Shown: positions 29,956 through 40,168, numbered from the stretch's first letter. The stretch is 64,000 nucleotides of DNA from Candidatus Zhuqueibacterota bacterium (GCA_016926625.1 JAFGOE010000013.1:79587-143586), one strand, 5' to 3'. Notes: generated from the sequence alone by a model not told the origin. A program made the numbers and translations.

Positions 29956-30023
29956 ACAAAGTATGATATGATTATAGAGTGTGTTACAATGCCACGATGG
30001 CTGAAATTGTGGAGATGGATATT

Positions 30024-30887
30024 ATGAGAAGATTCGTATTGATAATTTTATCATTCATGTGGTTGCTGACCGGATGCAGCGTGCAGAAGATGGCTATCCG
30101 ATCGATGGGTGATATTCTGGATAACAGTTTGATTTCGTTATATGAAGAGGAAGATTTGGAATTAGCTGAACATGCGATCGCTTCAGATCTTAAACTGCTT
30201 GAAGCGCTCATCAAATCAGACCCGGAAAATGAGAAACTATTACTCATGGCGAGTCAGGGATTTGCGTCATATGCGTTAGGCTTCGTAGAAGATAGGGAGC
30301 CGGAAAGGGCAAAGAAATTGTATTTGAGAGGTCGAGAGTATGGCCTCCAGCGTTTAAAGCAGGATCATTTCCCCGTCTATGCCTTATCAGGTGATATGAC
30401 GTCGTTTGAAAATTCGCTCAAATCGGTGCAAGAGGATGATGTGCCGACGTTGTTCTGGACGGCTTACAATTGGGCTGGGATGATCAATCTCAGTCTGACA
30501 GATCCGCAGGCTTTAATCGATTTACCCCGGGTTCAATTAATGATGCAAAGGGTGATCGATCTGGACGAGGATTTTTTCTTCGGTGGCGCTCATCTTTTTT
30601 TCGCCACGATCTATGCCCTTCGTCCGCCTATACTCGGTGGTAACGTTGAAAAAGCCGCCGAACATTTTGAGCGATGCTTCATTTACGCTAACGATAAATT
30701 TTTGTTGCCTTATGTCTATTATGCCCGATACTACGCGACACGGACGATGGATCGGGAACTTTTTGAGGGCACATTAGATAAAGTTATAAACACTCCGGCT
30801 GATATTTTACCGGATCAAGTGCTACCCAACAAGATCGCGCAACAAAAAGCGAAACGTCTGTATACACAGATCGACCAGCTGTTTTAA
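30024..30887 (+). CDS. TatT-like TPR lipoprotein (TRAP-transporter-associated TPR protein family)
   Basis: Lipobox LLTGC after a signal peptide. All-helical, with family-like segments ...SDLKLLEALIKSDPEN..LL..ASQGFASYA..F.... and ...FFFGGAHLFFATIYALRPPILGGN.EKA.EHFE.... Immediately upstream of a DctP-type gene, as in the Treponema pallidum tatT-tatP arrangement. Start chosen at Met16 of the tracked ORF. Confidence 0.65.
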   Translation: MRRFVLIILSFMWLLTGCSVQKMAIRSMGDILDNSLISLYEEEDLELAEHAIASDLKLLEALIKSDPENEKLLLMASQGFASYALGFVEDREPERAKKLYLRGREYGLQRLKQDHFPVYALSGDMTSFENSLKSVQEDDVPTLFWTAYNWAGMINLSLTDPQALIDLPRVQLMMQRVIDLDEDFFFGGAHLFFATIYALRPPILGGNVEKAAEHFERCFIYANDKFLLPYVYYARYYATRTMDRELFEGTLDKVINTPADILPDQVLPNKIAQQKAKRLYTQIDQLF

Positions 30888-30928
30888 TGCAAAATTTGTT
30901 TAATGCAGATACAATGATTGGAGTAAGG

Positions 30929-31942
30929 ATGAAACGTTTTCTATGGTTAATTGTGATGATATTAATCTGTAGTCGGATTGAGGCTCAGGTCTACACGATT
31001 AAATTTGCCAGTCTCGCTCCTGATGGCTCGACCTGGATGAATGTGATGCGTGAGTTTGATGCAGCAATTCGTGAGGAAACGAACGGTGATTTAGGTTTTA
31101 AGATCTATCCCGGCGGAGTATCGGGTGACGAGAAGGATGTGATGCGGAAAATACGTCTGGGACAGCTTCAAAGTGCAGGTTTTACCGGCGTCGGATTGGG
31201 CGAGATACTGCCCGAAGTTCGAATTCTCGACTCGCCTTTTCTGTTCAGAAATCATGATGAGATCGATTACATCAATGAGAAGTTTTACAATAAATTCGCT
31301 GCTGACTTCGAAAGGCAGGGCTATGTTCTCCTGGGATGGGCTGAAGTTGGTTTTGTCTATGTCTTTACCCGTACACCCGTACGATCACTCAATGACATGA
31401 AGAGTGTCAAGATGTGGATGTGGGAAGGTGACCCTGTTGCCGAAGCGACTTTCAAATCTCTGGGGGTAGGTGCCATCCCGATGTCGGTTATCAATGTGAT
31501 GACCGCGTTGCAAACGGGTATGGTTAATGGTGTATACACATCTCCCCTGGCTGCTATATCATTGCAATGGTTCACTCAGGTGAAGTATATGATGGAATTC
31601 CCGTTAGCTAATTCTTCCGGAGCCGTACTTATCTCGAAACGAAGTTTTGAAAAGTTACCTCTGGAATATAGAGATGTTTTGATGAGCAATGCGAAAAAAT
31701 ACCTGGGCAAGCTCACCAGGCTAAGCCGCGAAGATAACTTCAAATCGATCGAATCGTTGAGAAAGAATGGGATCGAAATCCTTCCTGCACCGACCCAGGA
31801 TATGCTTGATCTCTTCGTCGAAAAAGGACAAGATGCCCGCAGGATTTTAGCAGATAATCTTTTCGGCATGGAGATTGTGGATGAGGTAGAAGCTGCACTG
31901 GTTGAGTACAGGAACGCGGAAAGACAGGAGAATAAGAAATAG
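30929..31942 (+). CDS. TRAP-transporter DctP-family solute-binding protein
   Basis: Signal peptide MKRFLWLIVMILICSRIEAQ. Motifs ...IKFASLAP.GS.W........... and ...G.LQ.A..TG.GLGEI.PE..ILD.PFLF....E.DY are typical of DctP/TatP(T) SBPs. Confidence 0.8.
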   Translation: MKRFLWLIVMILICSRIEAQVYTIKFASLAPDGSTWMNVMREFDAAIREETNGDLGFKIYPGGVSGDEKDVMRKIRLGQLQSAGFTGVGLGEILPEVRILDSPFLFRNHDEIDYINEKFYNKFAADFERQGYVLLGWAEVGFVYVFTRTPVRSLNDMKSVKMWMWEGDPVAEATFKSLGVGAIPMSVINVMTALQTGMVNGVYTSPLAAISLQWFTQVKYMMEFPLANSSGAVLISKRSFEKLPLEYRDVLMSNAKKYLGKLTRLSREDNFKSIESLRKNGIEILPAPTQDMLDLFVEKGQDARRILADNLFGMEIVDEVEAALVEYRNAERQENKK

Positions 31943-32073
31943 ATTTTTCCGTTCTAAGAACGCATTAAGATTGTTTTCATTGACAAATTTTGTTCATATC
32001 TAGACTATTATATTTACTGCATTATCGAACGCTGATTTTAATTGTCACAGACTATATTGGATCGGGGTATTCA

Positions 32074-32649
32074 ATGAAGATTAGAGATTTGATTGTTCAA
32101 AACAGAAGTTATCGCAGATTCTGGAATAATCACAGCATCGATATGGCAACTCTGCGTGAACTGATCGATTTAGCCAGACTCTCTCCGTCCGCTGCCAATA
32201 GACAGCCCCTTAAATATTTTCTTTCCAACACCGAACAAACCAATGCGCTGATTTATTCACACATCGCCTGGGCCGGGTATCTAAGCGAATGGTCGGGACC
32301 TGAAGACGAAGAGAAGCCCTCCGCCTATATTATCCTCCTTATCGACAAAAACATAGCACCCGAGGTCGACTGCGATCATGGCATCGCTGCGCAGAGCATA
32401 TTATTGGGTGCGGTTGAGAAAGGTCTCGGCGGTTGTATCTTCGGCTCAGTCCAGCGAGGCAAACTCAGCAAAGCATTGTCGTTATCACCGGAATTGGAGA
32501 TCTTACTGGTCATCGCCATCGGTAAACCGAGAGAGGTGGTTGTGCTGGAGGAGGTGGGACCTGAGGGTGATATCAAATATTGGCGGGATGATGAACAGGC
32601 GCACCATGTACCCAAAAGAAAACTCGATGATATTATTGTAAGTCAGTAG
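32074..32649 (+). CDS. Nitroreductase-family (FMN) protein
   Basis: ...RSYRRF........L.ELIDLARLSPSAANRQPLKY.. is the canonical nitroreductase N-terminus. Start at the internal Met (MKIRDL). Confidence 0.8.
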   Translation: MKIRDLIVQNRSYRRFWNNHSIDMATLRELIDLARLSPSAANRQPLKYFLSNTEQTNALIYSHIAWAGYLSEWSGPEDEEKPSAYIILLIDKNIAPEVDCDHGIAAQSILLGAVEKGLGGCIFGSVQRGKLSKALSLSPELEILLVIAIGKPREVVVLEEVGPEGDIKYWRDDEQAHHVPKRKLDDIIVSQ

Positions 32650-32965
32650 AAATAGACCAGGCGTACTTTGCTGTCAGTGTATGGCTGAATCCGGCAGCAT
32701 GATGAATCATTTTTAATCCTGTCTGGTGATAGCTCTTTATTTACGTATGAATATATGAGTCTCTGGCGATCCATTTATCTGATATTTAGCACGAATTCAA
32801 TGATGATGTGTATCGATATGGTGATGCCTTGCAGAGTCGAGAAGACCTTGAGAAGGTGAATGGACAGGGTGTTGATCTATTTCAAACACGACAGAGATGA
32901 ATTACGCTCCAAATTAGAGATCAGATTACAGAACACTAATGAAATACTTTTTGAAAGGATAAACT

Positions 32966-34621
32966 ATGAGTGATATCAAATCGAAGTTGAGACAGATAGT
33001 TGGAGAAGATTATCTTTACACGAGTGAAAAGCCAGAATATTATGCCTACCTGTTCGGTGATGCGACGATGTATCGATCGAGGCCTGACTATGTGGTTTAC
33101 CCCGGATCAGTCGATGAGATCGTGCAGGTCATCAAGTTAGCCAATGAGCACGATATGCCGGTTATCCCTGCTGCAGGCCTTACGGGATTATCCGGTGGCG
33201 CCGTATGCGATGGCGGGATTTTGTTAAATCCTTCACGCCTCAATCGTGTCAAGTCGATCGATATGATCAGTAGGACAGTCGTTGCCGAGCCGGGGATTAG
33301 TTGTGCGATGTTGAATTCGATTTTAGCGAAAAGCGGCATGGTCGTCCCGGTTGCGCCTGCCTCGCATGAAATATCCACTCTCGGAGCGAATATTGCCGAA
33401 GCCGCAGGGGGGACCTGGGGGATGTCGAAGGGCACGTTTAAAAATTATTTGCTCAGCCTGAAGGTGATCGATGGGGAGGGAAATCTCATCGAAACCGGTA
33501 AAGCCTGTCCGAAACAGAGCACCGGTCCTAACCTGACGGGTCTATTCCTAGGGTCCGAAGGGACGATGGGAGTCATCACCGAGATTACGCTCAGTTGCGA
33601 TCTAGTGCCCGAGGATATGTGGACCATACGTGTAAGTTTCAGGGATGAATCGGTACTGCAATCGATTCATGAGGCGTTAGCAGAGCGGCGTATTTTATTA
33701 TATTCGTTCGAATACATGGACGACAAAATGATGCATTGTATGGGCAAGGAGAATATGCTGCTGTTGCTTCAGACAGCCGGAACCGCGGCTGACGCGAAGG
33801 AACAGGCAGACCAGGTCGTAGAAATTCTAAAGTCGCTCGACCCGATCGAACTGAAATATACGAACGATCCGAAAGAGGCGGATCTATTATACACAGAGCG
33901 ACGCAGTTGTCTGGGCGCATTAGCGAAGGCGGATAAGAATAAGCCCGTTATCGTGCAATTCGATCCGGTTATTCCGATACATAAACTGGCAGAGGGTGTC
34001 AGAAAAATGCGTGAATTGGCTGCGGATGAGGGACTCGAACTCATTATTTACGGCCACGCTGGTGATGGTAACTTGCACCCCAGCTTCATTGTCGCCGATG
34101 ATTACGACGAAAAGATGAGGACCAAGAAGGTCGTCCGAAAATTTGATGAATGGGTTGAGAAGGAAGGTGGTTGTTACAGCGGGGAGCATGCGGTTGGATT
34201 CTTCTTAGGCAGAGATCAGGGAAAGATGAGAAACGTGACACAGTACCTACGCGTGATCAAGAACGCGTTCGACCCGCAGGGGATATTGAATCCTGGTAAG
34301 GTGTTTGATATCAAGGAGCCGGACATCGCCCTCGATCCGGTATATGAGGAGTACGCTGAAATCGCGCGGCTGTGTAGTCTTTGTGCCAAATGTCATCTAT
34401 GTAAAAACGATAGCCCGAAATTTAAAGAAATGCCGATGGAGCACAACACGATACGGGGCAGAATTAGCATGATCGATTCAGCCACTCGCGGCAAAGTATC
34501 GTTCTCAGAGATCAAACCGTTCATCGAAGAGATGCGGTCATGGACTAAAAATATGAACTGTCCGACCTTTATAAAATTAGAAATGGAGAATCTCATCGAA
34601 AAAACCCTGTCGGCGGCTTGA
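32966..34621 (+). CDS. FAD-linked oxidase (GlcD/D-lactate dehydrogenase-like) with fused C-terminal Cys-rich Fe-S segment
   Basis: FAD_binding_4 pattern (P..VV.P.S..E.V.V.KLA.E....V.P.AG.TGLSGGA) and a GlcD-like C-terminal domain (...GEHAVG......). An extra tail carries CSLCAKCHLC ... NCP, reminiscent of GlcF-type cluster motifs. Confidence 0.8.
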   Translation: MSDIKSKLRQIVGEDYLYTSEKPEYYAYLFGDATMYRSRPDYVVYPGSVDEIVQVIKLANEHDMPVIPAAGLTGLSGGAVCDGGILLNPSRLNRVKSIDMISRTVVAEPGISCAMLNSILAKSGMVVPVAPASHEISTLGANIAEAAGGTWGMSKGTFKNYLLSLKVIDGEGNLIETGKACPKQSTGPNLTGLFLGSEGTMGVITEITLSCDLVPEDMWTIRVSFRDESVLQSIHEALAERRILLYSFEYMDDKMMHCMGKENMLLLLQTAGTAADAKEQADQVVEILKSLDPIELKYTNDPKEADLLYTERRSCLGALAKADKNKPVIVQFDPVIPIHKLAEGVRKMRELAADEGLELIIYGHAGDGNLHPSFIVADDYDEKMRTKKVVRKFDEWVEKEGGCYSGEHAVGFFLGRDQGKMRNVTQYLRVIKNAFDPQGILNPGKVFDIKEPDIALDPVYEEYAEIARLCSLCAKCHLCKNDSPKFKEMPMEHNTIRGRISMIDSATRGKVSFSEIKPFIEEMRSWTKNMNCPTFIKLEMENLIEKTLSAA

Positions 34622-34774
34622 TTGTAGCTTGAATGATGGATTTTTGAATGGTCACACAGTCGTTAAAAAAGCAGGCTATTATCGTGACAGGTCAACATTT
34701 CAGAATGATGTTTAGCGGTTAATTTTCAGTTACATGCACATTATATTAAAATTAAATGCAGCGTTAGGTCGAAT

Positions 34775-35911
34775 ATGAGAATAATCATTGCGCCGGATTC
34801 CTTTAAGGGTTCATTGTCTGCGGAGATGGTTGCTGCTGCAATCGAGGCTGGGGTTCGCGCCGTAAATCCGGAAATTGAGACAATCAAGATACCTATGGCG
34901 GATGGCGGGGAAGGCACAGTCGATGCTCTCGTATCATCGACGGGAGGCAGAATTATTGACACGAAGGCAACGGATCCGCTCGGTGGTGAAATCATGGGAC
35001 GTTACGGAATCCTTGGCGATGAAAAAACGGCCGTGATCGAAATGGCGGCCGTCTCTGGTCTTCCTTTGGTGCCCCCCAGAATGCGTAATCCGCTGAACAC
35101 CACCACATTTGGGACGGGTGAGTTAATAAAGCACGCGCTGGAACTGGGATGTCGAAAATTTATCATCGGTATCGGCGGTTCGGCGACGAACGATGCAGGT
35201 ACAGGCATGGCTCAGGCTCTTGGCGTCATTTTTCGCAAGCCTGACGGATCAGTGATTAACGACTATATGCGTGGCGGTTTGTTGAAGGAAGTTGCTTCGA
35301 TCGACATGAGCGGGTTGAATCCATTGATCCGTGAGAGCGATATCACCGTCGCCTGCGATGTGGATAATCCGCTATTAGGCGAACGAGGTTGTGCCTACGT
35401 ATATTCTCCTCAAAAAGGAGCCACATTAGAAGTCGTGAAAATCCTGGAAAGCTCAATGATGACGTTCGCGGATATTTTGGAACGCGACACCGGAAAAAAC
35501 GTTCGTAATTACCCTGGATCCGGAGCTGCTGGCGGTCTCGGAGCAGGATTAATGGCATTTTTAGGTGCTACATTGAGGCCGGGTATCGATCTTGTGCTTA
35601 AAGCGGCACAATTTGAAAATCAGATCATTGGCGCAGACTATGTGTTGACCGGCGAAGGTAAACTGGATGAGCAGACGGTGTACGGAAAAACCATCGCCGG
35701 GGTCACCGCAGTCGCCAAGAAACATGGCATTCCCGTCATCGCCATCGTCGGTAAATTTATCGATAGTCAAAAATTGATCGACATGGGATTAACCAGTTAC
35801 TTCTCCATTTGCGATGGTCCTAACAGGCTGGATTATGCAATGAAGAACGCCGCTGTGCTCATCGAGAGCCTGTCGAAGCGCCTCGTACGCCTGTTGATCG
35901 CTGTTCGATAA
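34775..35911 (+). CDS. glxK: Glycerate kinase
   Basis: MRIIIAPDSFKGSLSA......I..G........I...P.ADGGEGT and ...IGIGGSATNDAGTGM..ALG, the canonical class-I glycerate kinase pattern. Confidence 0.95.
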   Translation: MRIIIAPDSFKGSLSAEMVAAAIEAGVRAVNPEIETIKIPMADGGEGTVDALVSSTGGRIIDTKATDPLGGEIMGRYGILGDEKTAVIEMAAVSGLPLVPPRMRNPLNTTTFGTGELIKHALELGCRKFIIGIGGSATNDAGTGMAQALGVIFRKPDGSVINDYMRGGLLKEVASIDMSGLNPLIRESDITVACDVDNPLLGERGCAYVYSPQKGATLEVVKILESSMMTFADILERDTGKNVRNYPGSGAAGGLGAGLMAFLGATLRPGIDLVLKAAQFENQIIGADYVLTGEGKLDEQTVYGKTIAGVTAVAKKHGIPVIAIVGKFIDSQKLIDMGLTSYFSICDGPNRLDYAMKNAAVLIESLSKRLVRLLIAVR

Positions 35912-36170
35912 GCAATTGACCTCCTGTCGACCCCTCATCGACCCAGGGTCGATATCGTGTTGGCGCATGATGGATCTGATGTGAGGCGAATATCGGTATT
36001 ATTTCGTCGTATAAACATAGGTGTTAAACAGCGAAGGATTGTGATCAAAATTACTTTGCTTCTGGATGGCGTGTCTGTTGAAGTATTGCATAGAAAAGAA
36101 GTATTGATACGACTCGCCATCCGTCTGGTGAAATTTTTTAACCTTAAATTCATTTCGTGGAGTGTAAACC

Positions 36171-36788
36171 ATGGGAGAAGAATCTCAGAAGAAAGGCCTG
36201 TCTCGAAGGAAATTTATCCAGGGAGTAGGTACGGGGGTAATTGGTAGCGCTGTGCTACCCCATGTAATCAAGGCACAGCATGAAACCAGGGCTGCGGATG
36301 AGGATACGACGGGACAACTCCTTGATGTTAAGGTGAATGGTAAACGCTACCGTGTTGAAATCGATCCTCAGACCACTCTGGCCGAGTTCTTGCGTGATGA
36401 ACTTAATTTAACCGGTACCAAGATCATATGTAACCAGGGTGAATGTGGCGGATGCACGGTTCTTTTGAATGATAAAGCGGTTTATTCATGTCACATGTTA
36501 GCCCTGGATGCAAATGGGAAAGAGGTCGTCACGATCGAAGGATTAATGAATGGCGAGGTAATTCATCCGCTGCAGAAGGCGTTCCTCGAGAAAGATGGTT
36601 ACCAGTGCGGATTTTGTACGCCGGGACAGATCATGGCCGCGTATGCTCTGCTCAAAGAAAATCCTCATCCTACCAAAGAAGAGGTGATGTTCAACATGTC
36701 GGGCAATATTTGTCGCTGCGGTGCCTATCCGAAGATCGTTGATTCGGTCTTATATGCTGCTGAACAACAGTGGTCGAAAAAATCCTGA
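36171..36788 (+). CDS. Tat-exported [2Fe-2S] small subunit of a xanthine-dehydrogenase-family aldehyde oxidoreductase (PaoA-like)
   Basis: Twin-arginine signal SRRKFIQGVGTGVIGSA. Plant-type cluster C-NQGECGGCTV...C and a second cluster GYQCGFCTPGQ...GNICRCGAY. Confidence 0.9.
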   Translation: MGEESQKKGLSRRKFIQGVGTGVIGSAVLPHVIKAQHETRAADEDTTGQLLDVKVNGKRYRVEIDPQTTLAEFLRDELNLTGTKIICNQGECGGCTVLLNDKAVYSCHMLALDANGKEVVTIEGLMNGEVIHPLQKAFLEKDGYQCGFCTPGQIMAAYALLKENPHPTKEEVMFNMSGNICRCGAYPKIVDSVLYAAEQQWSKKS

Positions 36789-36839
36789 TATAAAATTTGA
36801 ATGAGACAATACTATGTATAAGCGTGAACAGGAGGAAAA

Positions 36840-39137
36840 ATGTGTGCGCGATTCATAAAATCGAAACATTTTTTCGAAGAGGGTATGGTAGAGTCGTTGG
36901 CTGAGGTTTCGGAAGCAAACGGCAAGGTGTGGGATGAAGATGCGGAATTAGACGTTGTCGGCAAAGGCGTCAGCCGAATAGACGGATACGACAAAGTGAG
37001 CGGAACTGCAAAATATACATTCGATATTAAACTTCCCAATATGGCCCATGCCAAGATATTGAGATGTCCTCACCCGCATGCCAGGATTAAGAGGATCGAT
37101 ACCAGCAAGGCATTGAATTTAAAAGGAGTTCTGGCGATTCATTCGCATCAGAATACTCCAACGATACCCTGGTTCTGGAACATGAGCCAACTGTACGACG
37201 CGCATCTCCGTTATCAGGGAGATGAAGTCGCCACGGTGGTTGCTGAAACGGAACGCATCGCATCGGAAGCCATAAAATTGATCGAAGTGGATTATGAGGT
37301 ATTACCCTTTGTGCTCGATCCGTCAGAGGCTATGAAAGATGATGCTCCAAAATTATATGAACAGGGAAACATTTTAAGGGGTAAGCCAGACATTTACGAA
37401 CGGGGCGATATCGAGAAGGGAATGGCTGAAGCAGATATGATCGTGGAGGATAAATTTTCGACGCAGGTCGAGGTACATCATCCGACCGAGGTACATTGCA
37501 GCGTGGTGAATTGGGATGGTGATCGTCTGACCGTTTACGATTCGACGCAAGGTATATTCGCCGTGCGTGATACGGTTGCCAGCAGCCTTAAGATCCCGAC
37601 GAGTCATGTGCGAGTGATCAAGAAATACATGGGTGGCGGTTTTGGCAGCAAGCTGGATACGGGCAAATATACGGTGATCGCCGCGCTCTTGGCACGGGAG
37701 ATCGGGCGACCGGTGAGGATTGCAATGGACAGGAAGGAAATGAATCAGTCCGTGGGTAACCGGCCGGATTCGTTTCAACATCTGAAGATCGGTGCGAAGA
37801 AGGACGGTACACTAACTGCCTTATCGCACTATTCTATTGGTTCGTCGGGCGCGTATCCAAGCGGCGCGGGATGCAGTTGGCCGATGCGCTCGGTCTATCA
37901 ATGTGATAACGTGAAGACAACCGATTTCTCGGTGCTTATCAATGCTGGACAGGGCCGGGCCTTTCGAGCGCCGGGACATGTGCAGGGGACATTCGGAATG
38001 GAATCGATCATCGATATGATGGCGGAAAAAATCGGAATGGATCCACTTGAGTTTCGGTTGATAAATTACGCGGAGCAGGATCAGGTTTCCAGGCAGCCCT
38101 ATACAAGCAAGAAATTGCGCGAAGCTTATGAGCAGGGAGCAAAAGCGATCGGCTGGTGGGATAGACGACAGAAGGTACCTGGGGGCATGCCTGGTCCGTT
38201 GAAAAGAGGCATCGGCATGGCGACTCAAATATGGTGGGGAGGAGGAGGTCCGCCGGCTTACGCGACCATGAAATTAAACCGGGACGGCAGCCTTGATGTG
38301 CTCGCCGGAACCCAGGATCTGGGAACAGGAACCTACACGTTCATCGCCCAGGTGGCGGCCGAAGTCCTGGAGATACCGATGGATCAAATTTCGGTTATCA
38401 TCGGGGACACTGCGACCTGCCCCTATTGTGCTTCGAGTGGTGGCAGCACCACGGCACCCTCGGTGGCGCCGGCAGTGAAAGATGCGGGAGAACAGATGAA
38501 GGAGAAATTATTATCCGCTGCAGCGGCGATCATGGAAACATCGCTTACCAATATGACGTATTGGGGCGGTAAAATTTCACTGATTTCTGATCCGTCAACG
38601 AGCATGGATATTTCCGCAATCATGCAGAAGATGAACGAACGTATATTGGTGACGACAGGCAGAAGATCGGCTAATCCGGATGGCTACGCTATCAATACGT
38701 TCGGAGCTCAATTTGCGGAGGTAGAGGTCGATATCCAGACAGGCAAGATCCATGTGCTCAGAATTGTGGCAGCCCATGATATCGGCAGGGTCTTAAACCA
38801 GCAAATGCTTGAGAATCAGTTTCATGGTGGGATTATACAGGGATTAGGTTTCGCGTTACTCGAAGAACGTGTGATGGATCCCTACACCGGAACGCTCTTA
38901 ACGATGAATATGTGTGATTATAAGATGCCGACGATGATGGACACACCGCAGATAGATGTGATTATTGTGAGTAAGAGTGATCCTTTGATCAGCGATGTAG
39001 GGGCTAAAGGCATTGGTGAACCCGCGATGATTCCAACGGCTGCAGCGATAGCGAATGCAGTATACAACGCCATTGGAGTCAGGATGAAATCACTACCGAT
39101 AACTCCAAATAAAGTGCTCGATGCATTAAACGCATGA
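36840..39137 (+). CDS. Molybdopterin-binding large subunit of a xanthine-dehydrogenase-family oxidoreductase (PaoC-like)
   Basis: ...RIDG..KV.G.AKY..D......AKILR.PH.HARI..ID, GGGFGSK, ...GQGRAFRAPG..., and the C-terminal ...KGIGEP...P.AAAIANAV. AGGAGGA Shine-Dalgarno before 36840. Confidence 0.9.
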   Translation: MCARFIKSKHFFEEGMVESLAEVSEANGKVWDEDAELDVVGKGVSRIDGYDKVSGTAKYTFDIKLPNMAHAKILRCPHPHARIKRIDTSKALNLKGVLAIHSHQNTPTIPWFWNMSQLYDAHLRYQGDEVATVVAETERIASEAIKLIEVDYEVLPFVLDPSEAMKDDAPKLYEQGNILRGKPDIYERGDIEKGMAEADMIVEDKFSTQVEVHHPTEVHCSVVNWDGDRLTVYDSTQGIFAVRDTVASSLKIPTSHVRVIKKYMGGGFGSKLDTGKYTVIAALLAREIGRPVRIAMDRKEMNQSVGNRPDSFQHLKIGAKKDGTLTALSHYSIGSSGAYPSGAGCSWPMRSVYQCDNVKTTDFSVLINAGQGRAFRAPGHVQGTFGMESIIDMMAEKIGMDPLEFRLINYAEQDQVSRQPYTSKKLREAYEQGAKAIGWWDRRQKVPGGMPGPLKRGIGMATQIWWGGGGPPAYATMKLNRDGSLDVLAGTQDLGTGTYTFIAQVAAEVLEIPMDQISVIIGDTATCPYCASSGGSTTAPSVAPAVKDAGEQMKEKLLSAAAAIMETSLTNMTYWGGKISLISDPSTSMDISAIMQKMNERILVTTGRRSANPDGYAINTFGAQFAEVEVDIQTGKIHVLRIVAAHDIGRVLNQQMLENQFHGGIIQGLGFALLEERVMDPYTGTLLTMNMCDYKMPTMMDTPQIDVIIVSKSDPLISDVGAKGIGEPAMIPTAAAIANAVYNAIGVRMKSLPITPNKVLDALNA

Positions 39138-39184
39138 ATGGGATAGCACGAGATATATCGTCGCAAAATAAAACGGAGAACGCC

Positions 39185-40162
39185 ATGAAGAATTTCACAT
39201 ATAAATCACCAGCGAGTCTGAAAGATGCGTCGCAACTCCTGGGCGATGACTGGAGTCAATCCATCGCCCTTGCCGGTGGAACAGATCTTTTAAACCTGAT
39301 GAAAAATGAAGTGGAGACGCCGACAAGGGTAGTCAACCTCAAACAGATTAAAGAGTTAAATAAGATCGAGTACAACTCTGGTTACGGACTGAAGCTCGGC
39401 GCGCTAGCCACCATCGCGGAAATCGCCGCCCATCCGGTCATCAAGGCGAAGTATCGTGTGCTTCATGAGGCGGCGCGAGAGATTGCCTCGCCGCAACTGG
39501 GGAATATGGGAACGCTGGGCGGAAACTTATGTCAGCGACCACGCTGCTGGTACTATCGTAACGAATTTCCTTGTCTGCGTAAAGGCGGGGATATCTGTTA
39601 CGCCATCGATGGAAAGAATAAATTCCATTGTATTATCGGCGGTGGTCCTTGTTTTATCGTTCATCCTTCCGACATGGCCGTGGCTTTAATGGCATTGGAC
39701 GCAAACGTGACCATATTTGACGGAGAGAAAAATCATACCGTACCGATCTCTGAATTTTACCTGTTGCCCGAACAGGACATGTATCGGGAAACCGTACTGA
39801 AACCGGGTGAAATTGTGACCCACATCTATGTTCCCGATGTGGGTAGTGGTGAGAAAAGCGGTTATTTCAAATTTAAAGAAAGAGGCATCTGGGATTTCGC
39901 CGTGGTCAGCGTCGCTGTGATGCTGAGGAAAAAAGGGAAAACCATCCGCGAAGCCCGTGTGACACTCGGAGGTATCGCACCGAAACCGTGGCTTGAACCC
40001 CATGTCAGTGAGAACCTGATCAATCTCGTCCCTGATGAGGACAACGTGTCTGCTATATGCGACCAATCTCTACGCAACGCGTTTGATCTGGGACAAAACG
40101 GATATAAGATCCTATTAGCCAAAAACCTCATGAAACGAATGATATTAAAATTAGCGTCGTGA
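39185..40162 (+). CDS. FAD-binding medium subunit (PaoB-like, with Cys cluster consistent with a [4Fe-4S] site)
   Basis: ...LAGGTDLL.LMK... FAD-binding fold. A Cys-rich insertion CQRPRCWYYRNEFPCLRKGGDICYA resembles the 4Fe-4S-binding segment described for E. coli PaoB. Start at the internal Met with a GGAGA Shine-Dalgarno. Confidence 0.8.
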   Translation: MKNFTYKSPASLKDASQLLGDDWSQSIALAGGTDLLNLMKNEVETPTRVVNLKQIKELNKIEYNSGYGLKLGALATIAEIAAHPVIKAKYRVLHEAAREIASPQLGNMGTLGGNLCQRPRCWYYRNEFPCLRKGGDICYAIDGKNKFHCIIGGGPCFIVHPSDMAVALMALDANVTIFDGEKNHTVPISEFYLLPEQDMYRETVLKPGEIVTHIYVPDVGSGEKSGYFKFKERGIWDFAVVSVAVMLRKKGKTIREARVTLGGIAPKPWLEPHVSENLINLVPDEDNVSAICDQSLRNAFDLGQNGYKILLAKNLMKRMILKLAS

Positions 40163-40168
40163 TAGAAT

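Noticed and set aside
35957-36247. 96-aa ORF in the glxK / paoA-like intergenic region.
   Set aside because: It has a GTG/Leu-type start, no Shine-Dalgarno, and an Arg/Ile-rich sequence, and it overlaps the real start of the Tat-signal 2Fe-2S subunit gene.
37374-38228. Two 135-aa antisense ORFs, and smaller ones, inside the molybdopterin large-subunit gene.
   Set aside because: They are typical spurious antisense frames in a locally GC-richer gene, with Arg/His/Pro-rich translations. The sense strand carries unmistakable XDH-family motifs.
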